Shown: positions 1 to 10,642 of the stretch, in pieces
Numbering within the stretch: position 1 is the first letter of the stretch
Layout: every line of letters starts with the position of its first letter
Assembly: GCA_963678575.2 (NCBI GenBank)
Contig: CAXXHV010000001.1
Coordinates: 298,543-362,542, forward strand
DNA: 64,000 bases
Source: Sphaerochaetaceae bacterium
GTDB lineage: Bacteria > Spirochaetota > Spirochaetia > Sphaerochaetales > Sphaerochaetaceae
Direction of reading: 5' to 3'
Program-made: the position numbers and the translations under genes
The notes under the pieces: generated by a model
Database searches by the model: none
Seen by the model: the letters and a program-made list of their open reading frames with translations, nothing else
Told to the model about the DNA's origin: nothing

Positions 1-1
1 T

Positions 2-1090
2 ATTTTAGAGTTGCCAGAAGCAGATGGCATTTTTGGAAATAGAGATTTGAAACAAATTAGTGAATTTGTTGATAAATTAGAGACAGAAGATGAACAAATA
101 ATTTTGTCTCCTGAATATCCAAGTAATCCAGAAGATGATTATTACTCAAGAAGTACTATTTTGAATTATCCCGGTTCGGCTTATTTAAAATTAAGTGAAG
201 GGTGTAACCATAGATGTGCTTTTTGTGCAATTCCTGTAATTAGAGGACCTCTAAGATCTAGAAGTAAAATACAAATTTTAAATGAAGCTAACGATTTGGT
301 TAATGAAGGAATCAAAGAGATAAATATTATTGCTCAAGATTTGGCTGCTTTTGGGACTGATACAACTGGAGAATCTCAACTGTTACCTTTGTTAGAAGAA
401 ATTTGTAATATTGAGGGTGATTTTAGAATAAGGCTATTATATATTCATCCAGATGCTTTTCCTCTTGAATTAATTGATTTTGTTAAAACCCATAAAAAAG
501 TATTACCTTATTTTGATATTCCTTTTCAACATGCCTCTATTCCAATACTAAGGAATATGGGAAGAATTGGAACAAGCGATAGTTATTATAATTTGATTAA
601 ATTAATTAGAGAAAGTTTACCAGATGCTGTAATTAGAACCACCCTTATGCTTGGATTTCCAGGGGAAACAGAAGATGATGTAAAGCAACTCTTTGAATTT
701 ACAAAAAAATGTAAGTTTGATTGGATGGGTTCATTCATATATAGTAGAGAAGAAGATACGAGAGCTTTTGATATGATTAGTGAAGAAGATCATGAAAAAG
801 TAATAAAAAGAGCTAAAAAAGATCAGAAGAAACTTGAAAGAATTCAAGAGAATATAACAAGTAATAATTTACAAAAGTTTGTAAACAATGTTTATGATGC
901 TTTAATAGAAGAAAGAATTGAAGGTGAAGATTTAGCTATTGGAAGAATATATTCTCAAGCTCCAGAAGTAGATGGGGCAACAGTTATTATGGGAAGAAAT
1001 TTAAAGCCAGGTACTGTTGTAAAGGTAGGAATTAGAAAAGTAAATGGCGTAGATTTGGATGCAGTAATTTTAGGAGAGTTTAATGGATAA
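2..1090 (+). CDS. rimO: Ribosomal protein S12 methylthiotransferase RimO (5' end outside window)
   Basis: Radical-SAM CxxxCxxC motif (CNHRCAFCAIP), MiaB/RimO-type core and a C-terminal TRAM-like tail. The frame is open back to base 2, so the N-terminus is truncated by the window edge. Confidence 0.85.
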   Translation: MLELPEADGIFGNRDLKQISEFVDKLETEDEQIILSPEYPSNPEDDYYSRSTILNYPGSAYLKLSEGCNHRCAFCAIPVIRGPLRSRSKIQILNEANDLVNEGIKEINIIAQDLAAFGTDTTGESQLLPLLEEICNIEGDFRIRLLYIHPDAFPLELIDFVKTHKKVLPYFDIPFQHASIPILRNMGRIGTSDSYYNLIKLIRESLPDAVIRTTLMLGFPGETEDDVKQLFEFTKKCKFDWMGSFIYSREEDTRAFDMISEEDHEKVIKRAKKDQKKLERIQENITSNNLQKFVNNVYDALIEERIEGEDLAIGRIYSQAPEVDGATVIMGRNLKPGTVVKVGIRKVNGVDLDAVILGEFNG

Positions 1091-3365
1091 TTTAAAATCT
1101 TGGATAGATAAGTTAAATAAAGAACAAAAGGACGCTGTTTTAGAAAATTCGCATCCTTTGCTTGTGTTAGCTGGTGCTGGCAGTGGTAAGACACGTGTTA
1201 TTACTACCAAAATTGCATATTGTATCCAAGAATTGAATATAAATCCATGGAATATTTTGGCTGTTACTTTTACAAATAAAGCAGCAAAAGAAATGAAGTC
1301 GAGAGTAACAGAAATGTTACCCTCCATTGAAGAGACTGCTTTTAATATTAGAACCTTTCATTCTTTTGGTGTTTGGCTGTTGAGAAAATTTTATAGAGAA
1401 GCAAATCTTGCAAATAGTTTCACCATATATGATGATAGTGATTCTTTGTCTCTTTTAAAAAGCCTTTTTCCTAATTCTCATAAATCTGAATTAACATTAA
1501 TAAGCAAGAAAATTAGTAGAGCTAAAGACATGGGCTTAACTATTGAAGATGATTTAAGTGCTGTATCAAGTGATCCTTTTTTTAAAAAAGCTTTTACTGA
1601 TTACGAAAAAGCTCTTAGAACTGTTGGAAATGTTGATTTTGCTGATTTAATTTCTATTCCCAATAAATTATTAAATACAGATCCTCAAGTATTAGATTTT
1701 GTAAGAAGAAGATTTAAAGTAATATTAGTTGATGAGTATCAAGATTCAAATGTAGCCCAATTTAATTTATTATATTCTTTAGTAGGCCCTGATACTTTAA
1801 TCTGTGTTGTTGGTGATGATGACCAAAGTATTTATAAATTTAGAGGAGCTGAGGTTAAAAATATATTAGCCTTTCCCCAAGTATTTAAAAATACAAAAAC
1901 AATTACATTAAACCAAAATTATAGATCTACCTCAGCTATACTTGATGTCGCTTCGAGTGTTATAAAACATAATAAAGCAAGACATAAAAAGCAATTATTT
2001 ACTGATAATGGTATTGGGGAAAAACCAACGGTTTATTATGTAAGTGATGAAAATGAAGAAGCTAGAACTGTAATTAATTTAATCAAAAGGAATAAGAATT
2101 TTAAAAATAGTGCAATTTTGTATAGAACTAATGCACAATCGCAACCTTTTGAATCAATGTTAAATAAATTAGCAATACCATATAAAATTATTGGTGCTCT
2201 AAAATTCTATGACAGAGAAGAAATCAAAGATTCTTTAGCTTTGATGCAATTGTTTTTAAATACAAAAGATATTGTTAATTTTAAAAGGATGATAAATAAG
2301 CCAGCTAGAGGAATTGGGCCTTCTAGTGTTGAGAAAATAGAGCTTTTAGTTGATGAAACGGCTGGAGATGTTTTTGATGCAATTAATCTTGCTTGTGAAA
2401 GGAAGTTATTATCTCCAAAATGTATTAAAAGTTCAAAGGACTTTATATCCAACATGGAGAAAGCCTTTAATATAATTGATAATGGTAATCTGTCTTTAGG
2501 TGTAAAGACTTTATTAGAAGACGTGGGATTAATTGAATATTATAAAAAACAAGATGCTTCAAATAATACATTTAAAGTAGATAACTTAAATACCTTAATT
2601 AATGCTTTAGAATCTTATCCTTCAGACGTTGAAGGATTACAACAATTTTTAGAAGAATCATGTCTTGATAGAACTCAATTAGGGCTTGATAAAGATAAAA
2701 AAGAAAGTGAAGATTCTGTTGTATTAATTACAATGCATAATACTAAAGGTTTAGAGTTTGAAGATGTTTATGTTGTTGGTTTAGAGGAAGGTCTTTTTCC
2801 AAGTAATATGAGTATTGAAGAAGATCCTAATGTTGAAGAAGAGAGAAGACTTTTTTATGTTTCAACAACAAGAGCTAAAAAAAGGCTAAGTTTTTTCTGT
2901 GCTTCTTCAAGAAAGATTTGGGGAAGAGCTGACTTTAATAGAACACCTTCAAGATTTTTAGAAGAAATAGATTCGTCTTTGATAAGAGAAGAAGGTTATA
3001 AACCAATTAGATTCCATGAAGATTTAGATATTTTTAGTAATAGTGCTTTAGATTATAGAAGAAAACAAAACAAGATTAATTCCAATGGTTGGAAATCATC
3101 AACAGATACTTCAAACTTAATACATCAAGGATTTTCTGAAAATAAGAAAAAATTTAAGTTTGAAAAAAATAATGAAGTAAAAGATATTGAAACTTTGTTT
3201 AAAGTTGGAGATAGGGTTTTAAATGAAGAGAAGGGCAGAGGTTGGGTGATAAGCTCTTCTATAAGTCATGACAGAGAGATAATAAGTGTTAAATATGATT
3301 CTGGTGTTGAAGCAAAATATATTAGTAAATTTGCAAAATTAGAAAAGTTATATGATGAAATGTAA
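1083..3365 (+). CDS. pcrA: ATP-dependent DNA helicase, PcrA/UvrD (SF1) family
   Basis: Walker A AGAGSGKT, DEYQD, VGDDDQSIYKFRGA, NYRS, TMHNTKGLEFEDV, YVSTTRAKK. The start overlaps the rimO stop by 8 nt. Confidence 0.9.
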   Translation: MDNLKSWIDKLNKEQKDAVLENSHPLLVLAGAGSGKTRVITTKIAYCIQELNINPWNILAVTFTNKAAKEMKSRVTEMLPSIEETAFNIRTFHSFGVWLLRKFYREANLANSFTIYDDSDSLSLLKSLFPNSHKSELTLISKKISRAKDMGLTIEDDLSAVSSDPFFKKAFTDYEKALRTVGNVDFADLISIPNKLLNTDPQVLDFVRRRFKVILVDEYQDSNVAQFNLLYSLVGPDTLICVVGDDDQSIYKFRGAEVKNILAFPQVFKNTKTITLNQNYRSTSAILDVASSVIKHNKARHKKQLFTDNGIGEKPTVYYVSDENEEARTVINLIKRNKNFKNSAILYRTNAQSQPFESMLNKLAIPYKIIGALKFYDREEIKDSLALMQLFLNTKDIVNFKRMINKPARGIGPSSVEKIELLVDETAGDVFDAINLACERKLLSPKCIKSSKDFISNMEKAFNIIDNGNLSLGVKTLLEDVGLIEYYKKQDASNNTFKVDNLNTLINALESYPSDVEGLQQFLEESCLDRTQLGLDKDKKESEDSVVLITMHNTKGLEFEDVYVVGLEEGLFPSNMSIEEDPNVEEERRLFYVSTTRAKKRLSFFCASSRKIWGRADFNRTPSRFLEEIDSSLIREEGYKPIRFHEDLDIFSNSALDYRRKQNKINSNGWKSSTDTSNLIHQGFSENKKKFKFEKNNEVKDIETLFKVGDRVLNEEKGRGWVISSSISHDREIISVKYDSGVEAKYISKFAKLEKLYDEM

Positions 3366-3864
3366 TTTTTTATTCAAACTAAAAATAGGTATTGAAAAAT
3401 ACTTGTTATATACTAGACAAAAAGTATAAATTTATGCTAAATATTTAGAAGTTGCGTGTAGAATTATTCTGCACTAATGAATTATGAAGTTTTTTGACAG
3501 AATTTATATGATGGCGGCAAAATAAATTAAGGTGAATAATATTTATTTTGTTAAAAATATAATAAATAAGAATATATATAGAAGGAACCTTCTCAAGTTT
3601 TTTTAATATATAGTAATTATTGTTTTATTTTTCCATTTTTAAGTCTTAAATTATTATACTATTATTTAATAGTGGAGAAGTAGGATTCTCAAATCCCTTA
3701 TACCCGACCTTTCCTTAGGGATTAAAGCTATTTTAAAAATTGTATTTTTAATTTAAGAAAAACTTAAATTATACGCTATTTATTTTTTGTCATTAAGAAA
3801 TTGGTATTATTACCAATTAATATTTAATAAGAGTTTCGGCTCTTAATGTAATAGGGTATTAAAC

Positions 3865-4293
3865 ATGAAAACTATTTTTGTAAAGCCACTAACAATGGAG
3901 AAAAAATGGTATGTAATAGATGCAGCTGGTAAAGATTTAGGCCATGTTGCAGTTGCTGCCGCACGTATTCTTCGTGGAAAAAACAAACCTGAGTACGTAC
4001 CTCACCAAGATATGGGTGATTACGTTATCATCATCAATGCTGCACAAGTTTCAATGTCTGGTAAAAAATTTACTGATAAAATGTATTACAGACACTCTAA
4101 TTTCCCTGGTGGTTTTAGAGCTACAAACTATGCAGATATGCTAAAAAGAAAACCTGAATTCCCAATGGAACACGCTGTTAAAGGAATGCTTCCTAACGGA
4201 CCATTAGGACGCAGTCTTTTTAACAACATGAAAGTATATGCTGGTTCAGAACATCCACATATGGCTCAAAAACCAATTTCGGTTGAAGTATAA
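3865..4293 (+). CDS. rplM: 50S ribosomal protein L13
   Basis: 142 aa with the typical L13 N-terminus (KKWYVIDA..., GKNKPEY.PH.D.GD.VI.INA). rplM-rpsI is a conserved pair. Confidence 0.95.
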   Translation: MKTIFVKPLTMEKKWYVIDAAGKDLGHVAVAAARILRGKNKPEYVPHQDMGDYVIIINAAQVSMSGKKFTDKMYYRHSNFPGGFRATNYADMLKRKPEFPMEHAVKGMLPNGPLGRSLFNNMKVYAGSEHPHMAQKPISVEV

Positions 4294-4304
4294 GGGAGCG
4301 TAGA

Positions 4305-4718
4305 ATGGCTAAAAAAGATGCAAAAACAAATATAAACCTAGGTAAAGGTGTAGGTAGAAGAAAGACTTCAATTGCACGTGTATACTTAAGAGAAGGTAAA
4401 GGCGCAATTGTTGTTAATGGTAAAGATGCAGATTCTTACTTTGCAAATCCATTATTAGTAAGCCTTTTAAAACAACCTTTAGAAATAACAGAAACTTCAG
4501 ATAAATTTGATATTGTTATTAACTGTACAGGTGGTGGAGTTTCTGGACAAGCTGGAGCTTGCCGTCATGGTATTGCTCGTGCTTTATGCGACAATGATGA
4601 AGCTTACCGCAGTGCTTTACATACAGAAGGTTATATGACTCGTGATGCACGTATGGTCGAAAGAAAGAAATTCGGTCAAAGAGGTGCACGTCGTAAATTC
4701 CAATTCAGCAAACGTTAA
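4305..4718 (+). CDS. rpsI: 30S ribosomal protein S9
   Basis: 137 aa with GGG.SGQAGA..HGIARAL and the basic C-terminus RKKFGQRGARRKFQFSKR. GGGAG RBS just upstream. Confidence 0.95.
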   Translation: MAKKDAKTNINLGKGVGRRKTSIARVYLREGKGAIVVNGKDADSYFANPLLVSLLKQPLEITETSDKFDIVINCTGGGVSGQAGACRHGIARALCDNDEAYRSALHTEGYMTRDARMVERKKFGQRGARRKFQFSKR

Positions 4719-4727
4719 TTTTATATT

Positions 4728-5333
4728 ATGGTCGTTGCGACAATCAAGAGGAGAGTTTTTCCAGAAGGTATTTATGTACTTTCAAAGGAGTGCTCTCCTT
4801 TTTTTATTCCAAATTCTTTCTTAATTGAATTTTCTATACCCTTTTTTAAAGAGGGTTATGAAGTAGATGAATCTTTATATAATAAATTAAGAGAAGTAAA
4901 TGATTGCTATTTGTGTAGAAAAAAAGCTGTTGATTTATTAGCTAGAAGAGATCATAGTGTTTTTGAATTAAAAACAAAGCTCAAAGTTAGAAACTTTTTA
5001 GATTCTTCAATAGAAAATGCAATTGAATATGTAATTGAAAAAAAATATTTAAATGAGAATAGATATTGTGAAAATCTAATTAATAAAAGATTGGTAAGAG
5101 GCGAAGGCAAATATCTTATTTTACAAAGATTGAATCAAAAAGGTATTTCCTCTTCACTTGCAAGTCAAGTTTATGAGCAAGTTGTTGATATTGAAAAAGA
5201 AAAAGAAGCTTGTCTTATCTCTTTAAATAAAGTTATGCAGAAATATGAAGATATAGAAGTTGTAAAAAGCAAAATTTTAAAAAAAGGGTTTTCAAATTAT
5301 ATTTTGAAAAGATGTTTAGAAGATATTAATTAA
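4728..5333 (+). CDS. recX: RecX family recombination regulator (long form); start uncertain
   Basis: CRKKAVDLLARRDHSVFELKTKL aligns with the RecX helical-repeat core, and three repeat-like segments follow. There is no SD before ATG 4728, and a terminator-like hairpin lies inside the 5' end (see findings). Confidence 0.6.
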   Translation: MVVATIKRRVFPEGIYVLSKECSPFFIPNSFLIEFSIPFFKEGYEVDESLYNKLREVNDCYLCRKKAVDLLARRDHSVFELKTKLKVRNFLDSSIENAIEYVIEKKYLNENRYCENLINKRLVRGEGKYLILQRLNQKGISSSLASQVYEQVVDIEKEKEACLISLNKVMQKYEDIEVVKSKILKKGFSNYILKRCLEDIN

Positions 5334-5400
5334 TCATATGGATAAATTAAAATAATTATATATGGTTTTTTCTAATATTATTGAGTATTATAGGTGAACT

Positions 5401-6444
5401 ATGTTAGAAAAATTTTTAGAAAGTATTATTAGTAGTATTCCAAACGGGGCTTTTGGAATGATAATTTTATTTGCAATAATTGCAATATCTTTAGCTGTTT
5501 TAGGAAAAGGTGCAGATATTTTAGTAGAGGAAGCTGTTTCCTTATCATATAGATGGGGTGTCCCTAAAATGTTAATTGGAGCAACCATAGTAAGTCTCGG
5601 AACAACGCTTCCTGAAGTTACGGTGTCTGTTGTTTCTGCCTTACAAGGTTTTCCTGATTTAGCAATGGGGAATGCTGTAGGCTCAATAATTTGCGATACT
5701 GGTTTAATTTTAGGTATTGCCGCATTAATTAATCCACTACCTTTTAAAAAGGAGGTAGTAAGAAGACAAAGTTGGATTCAATTTGCTTCTGGAGTTTTAT
5801 TAGTAGCTGTTGCTTTTACTTTTGGGAGAGGTTTTAATTCTTTTTCAAATGGAGGGAATGTCCCTCAATTTATGGGGTGGATTTTCTTGGTTATATTAGT
5901 ATTTTATATATTTAATACAATAAGATTATCTAAAAAAGGTGAAATTGGAGAAGGTGGAGAAAATTTAGAAATTGATGATTCTTCAACAGTTTTAATTTTT
6001 ATTAAGCTTTTTGTTGGAATTGCTTTAGTAATCATTTCTTCAAAAGTGCTAATTCCGACAGTTCAAGAAACGGCTATTAGATTGCATATTCCTGAAACTA
6101 TTATTGCTGCAACTCTTGTTGCTTTTGGTACTAGTTTACCTGAATTGATTACTGCAATAACAGCAACACGTAAAGGATATGGGGATTTAGCTATTGGTAA
6201 TATTTTAGGAGCTGATATTTTAAATGTTCTTTTTGTTGTAGGTGCTGCAGCTTCAGTTACGAAGGGTGGATTAAATGTCGATATCCATTTCTTTAAATTG
6301 TTATTCCCTGCAATGTTATTTGTATTAATAGTATGTAAGCTTGCAATTACTTTTTCAAAGAAATATTTAAATAGAGTTGTTGGGGCTATATTGTTGTCAG
6401 CTTATTTATTAGTAACTATATTAAGTTATGTGATTGCAATTTAA
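5401..6444 (+). CDS. Ca2+/Na+ antiporter (CaCA / YrbG family) membrane protein
   Basis: Two alpha-repeat motifs (GNAVGSIICDTGLILG and GNILGADILNVLFVVG) in a protein with about 10 TM segments. AGGTG RBS. Confidence 0.8.
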   Translation: MLEKFLESIISSIPNGAFGMIILFAIIAISLAVLGKGADILVEEAVSLSYRWGVPKMLIGATIVSLGTTLPEVTVSVVSALQGFPDLAMGNAVGSIICDTGLILGIAALINPLPFKKEVVRRQSWIQFASGVLLVAVAFTFGRGFNSFSNGGNVPQFMGWIFLVILVFYIFNTIRLSKKGEIGEGGENLEIDDSSTVLIFIKLFVGIALVIISSKVLIPTVQETAIRLHIPETIIAATLVAFGTSLPELITAITATRKGYGDLAIGNILGADILNVLFVVGAAASVTKGGLNVDIHFFKLLFPAMLFVLIVCKLAITFSKKYLNRVVGAILLSAYLLVTILSYVIAI

Positions 6445-6480
6445 CAAAAAGCATTTTTATTTAAATATAATGAAGTATAA

Positions 6481-6512
6481 AAAAAGATCCACCAATTGGC
6501 GGATCTTTTTTG
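6481..6512. terminator. Bidirectional intrinsic terminator between the antiporter gene and eno
   Basis: AGATCCACC-aatt-GGCGGATCT hairpin (one mismatch) flanked by an A-run and a T-run. Confidence 0.7.
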
Positions 6513-6527
6513 ATATAACTTTAAATA

Positions 6528-7883
<1,356 letters not shown>

Positions 7884-8023
7884 TCAAGGTTTATAGCTAT
7901 TATCCTTTAATAAGAAAGAAGAAAAAAGGGGTATAATGATAAAAATATATCTTTTTTCTTATTTTATCTTAATAATCTTCTCAAATTTTGTTTTCTAAAG
8001 TATTATAAAGCAAGGAGTAATTT

Positions 8024-9013
8024 ATGGATATAGAAATTAATAAACTGCCCCCTTTAAACTCATATTTATTAAAAAATATTATTTTTTCAATGGAAAACCA
8101 AGAAACAATGGGGTTTTTAGATTTAATAAGTGGTGAAGTTGTAGAGGTGTCAAATATACATGATACAGTTGTAGTGAAAAAGGCTTATAACTCAAAAGAT
8201 CTTGTTTCTTTGTCTGTTAACAAAAATAAAGATAGATTTTTAGCTCTGCCAACTTGGGGTTCAATTGAAGGCTTTAAAATAAGAGAACAATTTATAAAAG
8301 ATATAAAAAATCCAATATATAAAAAGGCTTTAAACCATGTATTTCATACTGGACGCGGAGTCTTTAGAAAATTTAAGGAAGTTTTAAAAGAAAATCCAAT
8401 TATTGAAAGGCAATGGTTAGAATATAAATCAAGGTATATGAAAGCTATAGTAATTAATTGGTACAAAGAATGTGAAGGGTATATTAATTTAACAAATTTA
8501 GAGACTGAAGTAGAAGACTTGCCAAATGACTTATTAATAAGTGATTTTAAATTTACTAATAAGGTAAGTGTAGATGATATTTTAGAAGTAAATGAAATAA
8601 AGAAAACGCTTCATAGTAAGTTGTCAGATATTGAGAAAATTCTTGTTGAAAGAAGACCAATAGTTAACAATTTAAATAATAATTTTAATTATTTTATTGC
8701 AATAAATCTTGAAGATGAAATAGTTGCATATATTGAATGGGATAAAATTAATGATGGAATAATAGAAGTGATTTCTTATGGAGTGATTGAAGAATTTAGA
8801 GGATTGGGTATTTTTAGCTTACTTTTTGATAAGCTTATGAGACAAGCTATGAGAGAAAAATATGCAAAATTAATAATATTTAACCCTAAATTTATGCAAA
8901 ATTTTAATGATTTTATCGGAAATAGTATTTTTTCTTGTAACTATAGTTATTCAATAGTTGATATATTTAAATGGAATCAAGAAGTTGAATCCACAGAGAT
9001 AATGGATGTTTAG
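8024..9013 (+). CDS. Hypothetical protein: UPF0158-like N-terminal region fused to a GNAT-like C-terminal region
   Basis: The N-terminal half has a UPF0158-type pattern (..LDLISGEV.., GRGVFRKFKEVL....W). The C-terminal part has a GNAT motif-A-like EEFRGLGIFSLLFDKL. AGGAG RBS. Confidence 0.5.
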   Translation: MDIEINKLPPLNSYLLKNIIFSMENQETMGFLDLISGEVVEVSNIHDTVVVKKAYNSKDLVSLSVNKNKDRFLALPTWGSIEGFKIREQFIKDIKNPIYKKALNHVFHTGRGVFRKFKEVLKENPIIERQWLEYKSRYMKAIVINWYKECEGYINLTNLETEVEDLPNDLLISDFKFTNKVSVDDILEVNEIKKTLHSKLSDIEKILVERRPIVNNLNNNFNYFIAINLEDEIVAYIEWDKINDGIIEVISYGVIEEFRGLGIFSLLFDKLMRQAMREKYAKLIIFNPKFMQNFNDFIGNSIFSCNYSYSIVDIFKWNQEVESTEIMDV

Positions 9014-9236
9014 GTATTACTTTTTTTATAAAAAAATAATATAAACGGTTAAAAAAGTATAAAAAAACAAGAAAAGGGTATTTTTTTATTGTTTTTGTAG
9101 TATAATATATGAATAGGATATAAATATTTATTTGGTATAATAAGTGTTGCTTTTGAAGCACTAGAATGCTAAATAATACTTATTTAGAATGTATGAAGAT
9201 ATATGTATTAGGGTGTGTGTAGGGTGTATTTTTTTC

Positions 9237-9265
9237 TTGACATATATAAATACCCTTGTTACAAT
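9237..9265 (+). promoter_or_regulatory. Consensus sigma-70 promoter TTGACA-17-TACAAT for the outer-membrane protein gene
   Basis: TTGACA 9237-9242, 17-nt spacer, TACAAT 9260-9265, about 74 nt upstream of ATG 9339. Confidence 0.75.
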
Positions 9266-9338
9266 CCAAGATATATATATGTAAATTAAGGGATTAAGTG
9301 TGATTTTTTGTGCACTCCCGAAACTATTTGGAGGAAGT

Positions 9339-10565
9339 ATGAAGAAGGTTTCTACTTTATTATTAACAGGTCTTATTGGTTCAAGTATGTTATTTGCAGG
9401 TTTCTCAGGTACTGCAACATTATCAAACACACTAGTTGATTTGGATAATGGTACTTTTGGTTTTGCAAATACAACAGAATTAGATGTAACAATTGATATT
9501 GCTGCAACAACTGCAGAATCAAAGGGTGAAGGCGATATTTATGCAGAATTAAATGCATCATTAAATATTCCTGTAACTTTTGATGAAGGAGATGATGGAG
9601 ATGATGTTGATATTGTTGCAGATGATATTAACATTGCTTTTGATTCAGCTAACGTTGTTGGTGATGGTTGGAAAGTAAGTATTCTTGGTCCTAATGGTCC
9701 TGTAGATTATGCTGCTGATACTATTACTTTAGATGATGATGATGATGCTTATAACTATAGCGTAGATGGTAATACAGTTGCTGGTGTTGCTGTAACTCTA
9801 GACGATTTAGGAACAGTTTCAGTTGGTTACACAGGTGATTTTGATGATTTAACAGACACAAAAGGTTATGCATCTTTAGAACTTGCTGAAATGACACTTT
9901 CAGAAGGTATGACAGCTCAAGTATCTGGTTCTTTACTTATTGATAAAGCTTTGGACAACAATATTGAAGCAGCTGGATCTGCAAAAATGGCTTATGCTGC
10001 TGACGGTTATTCAGCAAATGCAGCTATTGACTTAGGTTATGATGATGTAAATGACTTTGGTATGGACGCTGTAATGGGTGTTTCAATGGATCCTATCTCA
10101 GTTGATGCTTATTTCGGTACTAGTAACACTAATGGTGATTTTGATTTTAGTGATACAGCTATTGCTAATGGAACAACTGATTTATTAAGCGTAAAAGTTG
10201 TTGCTGATTTAGCTAGCTATGATGTTCCTGTAACATTTACAGTAACTGGTTTAGATTTAGTAAATACTCAAGATTTTGACGTAAAAGCTGCTTTAGCTGT
10301 TAGTGATGAATTATCAACTTATGTAAGTGGTGGTTATGTTCTTGATGGTGGTGCATGGTGTGTAGGTGCAGGTGCAACATATACTGTTGATGCTTATACT
10401 TTAAAAGCAAATGTATCTTATGATGGCGCTTTAGCTGCTGATGCATCTGTAGAAAGCACAACTTTAGTTGATGGTGCTACATTAAGCTTAGCTTGGGCTG
10501 ATGGCGATGATTTATTAAATGGAACTTATGGTGCTGTAGAAGCTTCATGTAAAGTTGAATTCTAA
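9339..10565 (+). CDS. Acidic secreted / outer-membrane beta-barrel-like protein (porin or sheath-protein candidate)
   Basis: GGAGGA RBS and signal peptide MKKVSTLLLTGLIGSSMLFA. Alternating beta-strand-like segments, D/G/T/A-rich, C-terminal ...CKVEF (terminal Phe as in OMP beta-signals). Start trimmed from GTG 9300 to ATG 9339. Confidence 0.6.
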   Translation: MKKVSTLLLTGLIGSSMLFAGFSGTATLSNTLVDLDNGTFGFANTTELDVTIDIAATTAESKGEGDIYAELNASLNIPVTFDEGDDGDDVDIVADDINIAFDSANVVGDGWKVSILGPNGPVDYAADTITLDDDDDAYNYSVDGNTVAGVAVTLDDLGTVSVGYTGDFDDLTDTKGYASLELAEMTLSEGMTAQVSGSLLIDKALDNNIEAAGSAKMAYAADGYSANAAIDLGYDDVNDFGMDAVMGVSMDPISVDAYFGTSNTNGDFDFSDTAIANGTTDLLSVKVVADLASYDVPVTFTVTGLDLVNTQDFDVKAALAVSDELSTYVSGGYVLDGGAWCVGAGATYTVDAYTLKANVSYDGALAADASVESTTLVDGATLSLAWADGDDLLNGTYGAVEASCKVEF

Positions 10566-10590
10566 TAAATAATAAATGATATTATAAATA

Positions 10591-10620
10591 AAAAGGCTGT
10601 TCGAAAGAACAGCCTTTTAA
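10591..10620. terminator. Bidirectional intrinsic terminator
   Basis: AAAAGGCTGTTC-gaaa-GAACAGCCTTTT perfect hairpin between convergent genes. Confidence 0.85.
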
Positions 10621-10642
10621 ATTGTAAAAATAAATAATTAAA

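Noticed and set aside
955-2455. Minus-strand ORFs 955..1194, 1070..1327 and 2207..2455
   Set aside because: They are antisense to rimO and pcrA conserved regions and are shadow ORFs.
9097-9106. TATAAT hexamer at 9101-9106 as an additional promoter
   Set aside because: It has no acceptable -35 or TGn extension. Isolated TATAAT-like hexamers are expected by chance in DNA this AT-rich.
8967-9561. Minus-strand ORFs 8967..9161, 9161..9430 and 9373..9561
   Set aside because: They are translations of AT-rich intergenic or promoter DNA, or antisense to the OMP gene. They have no RBS and their sequences are low-complexity.
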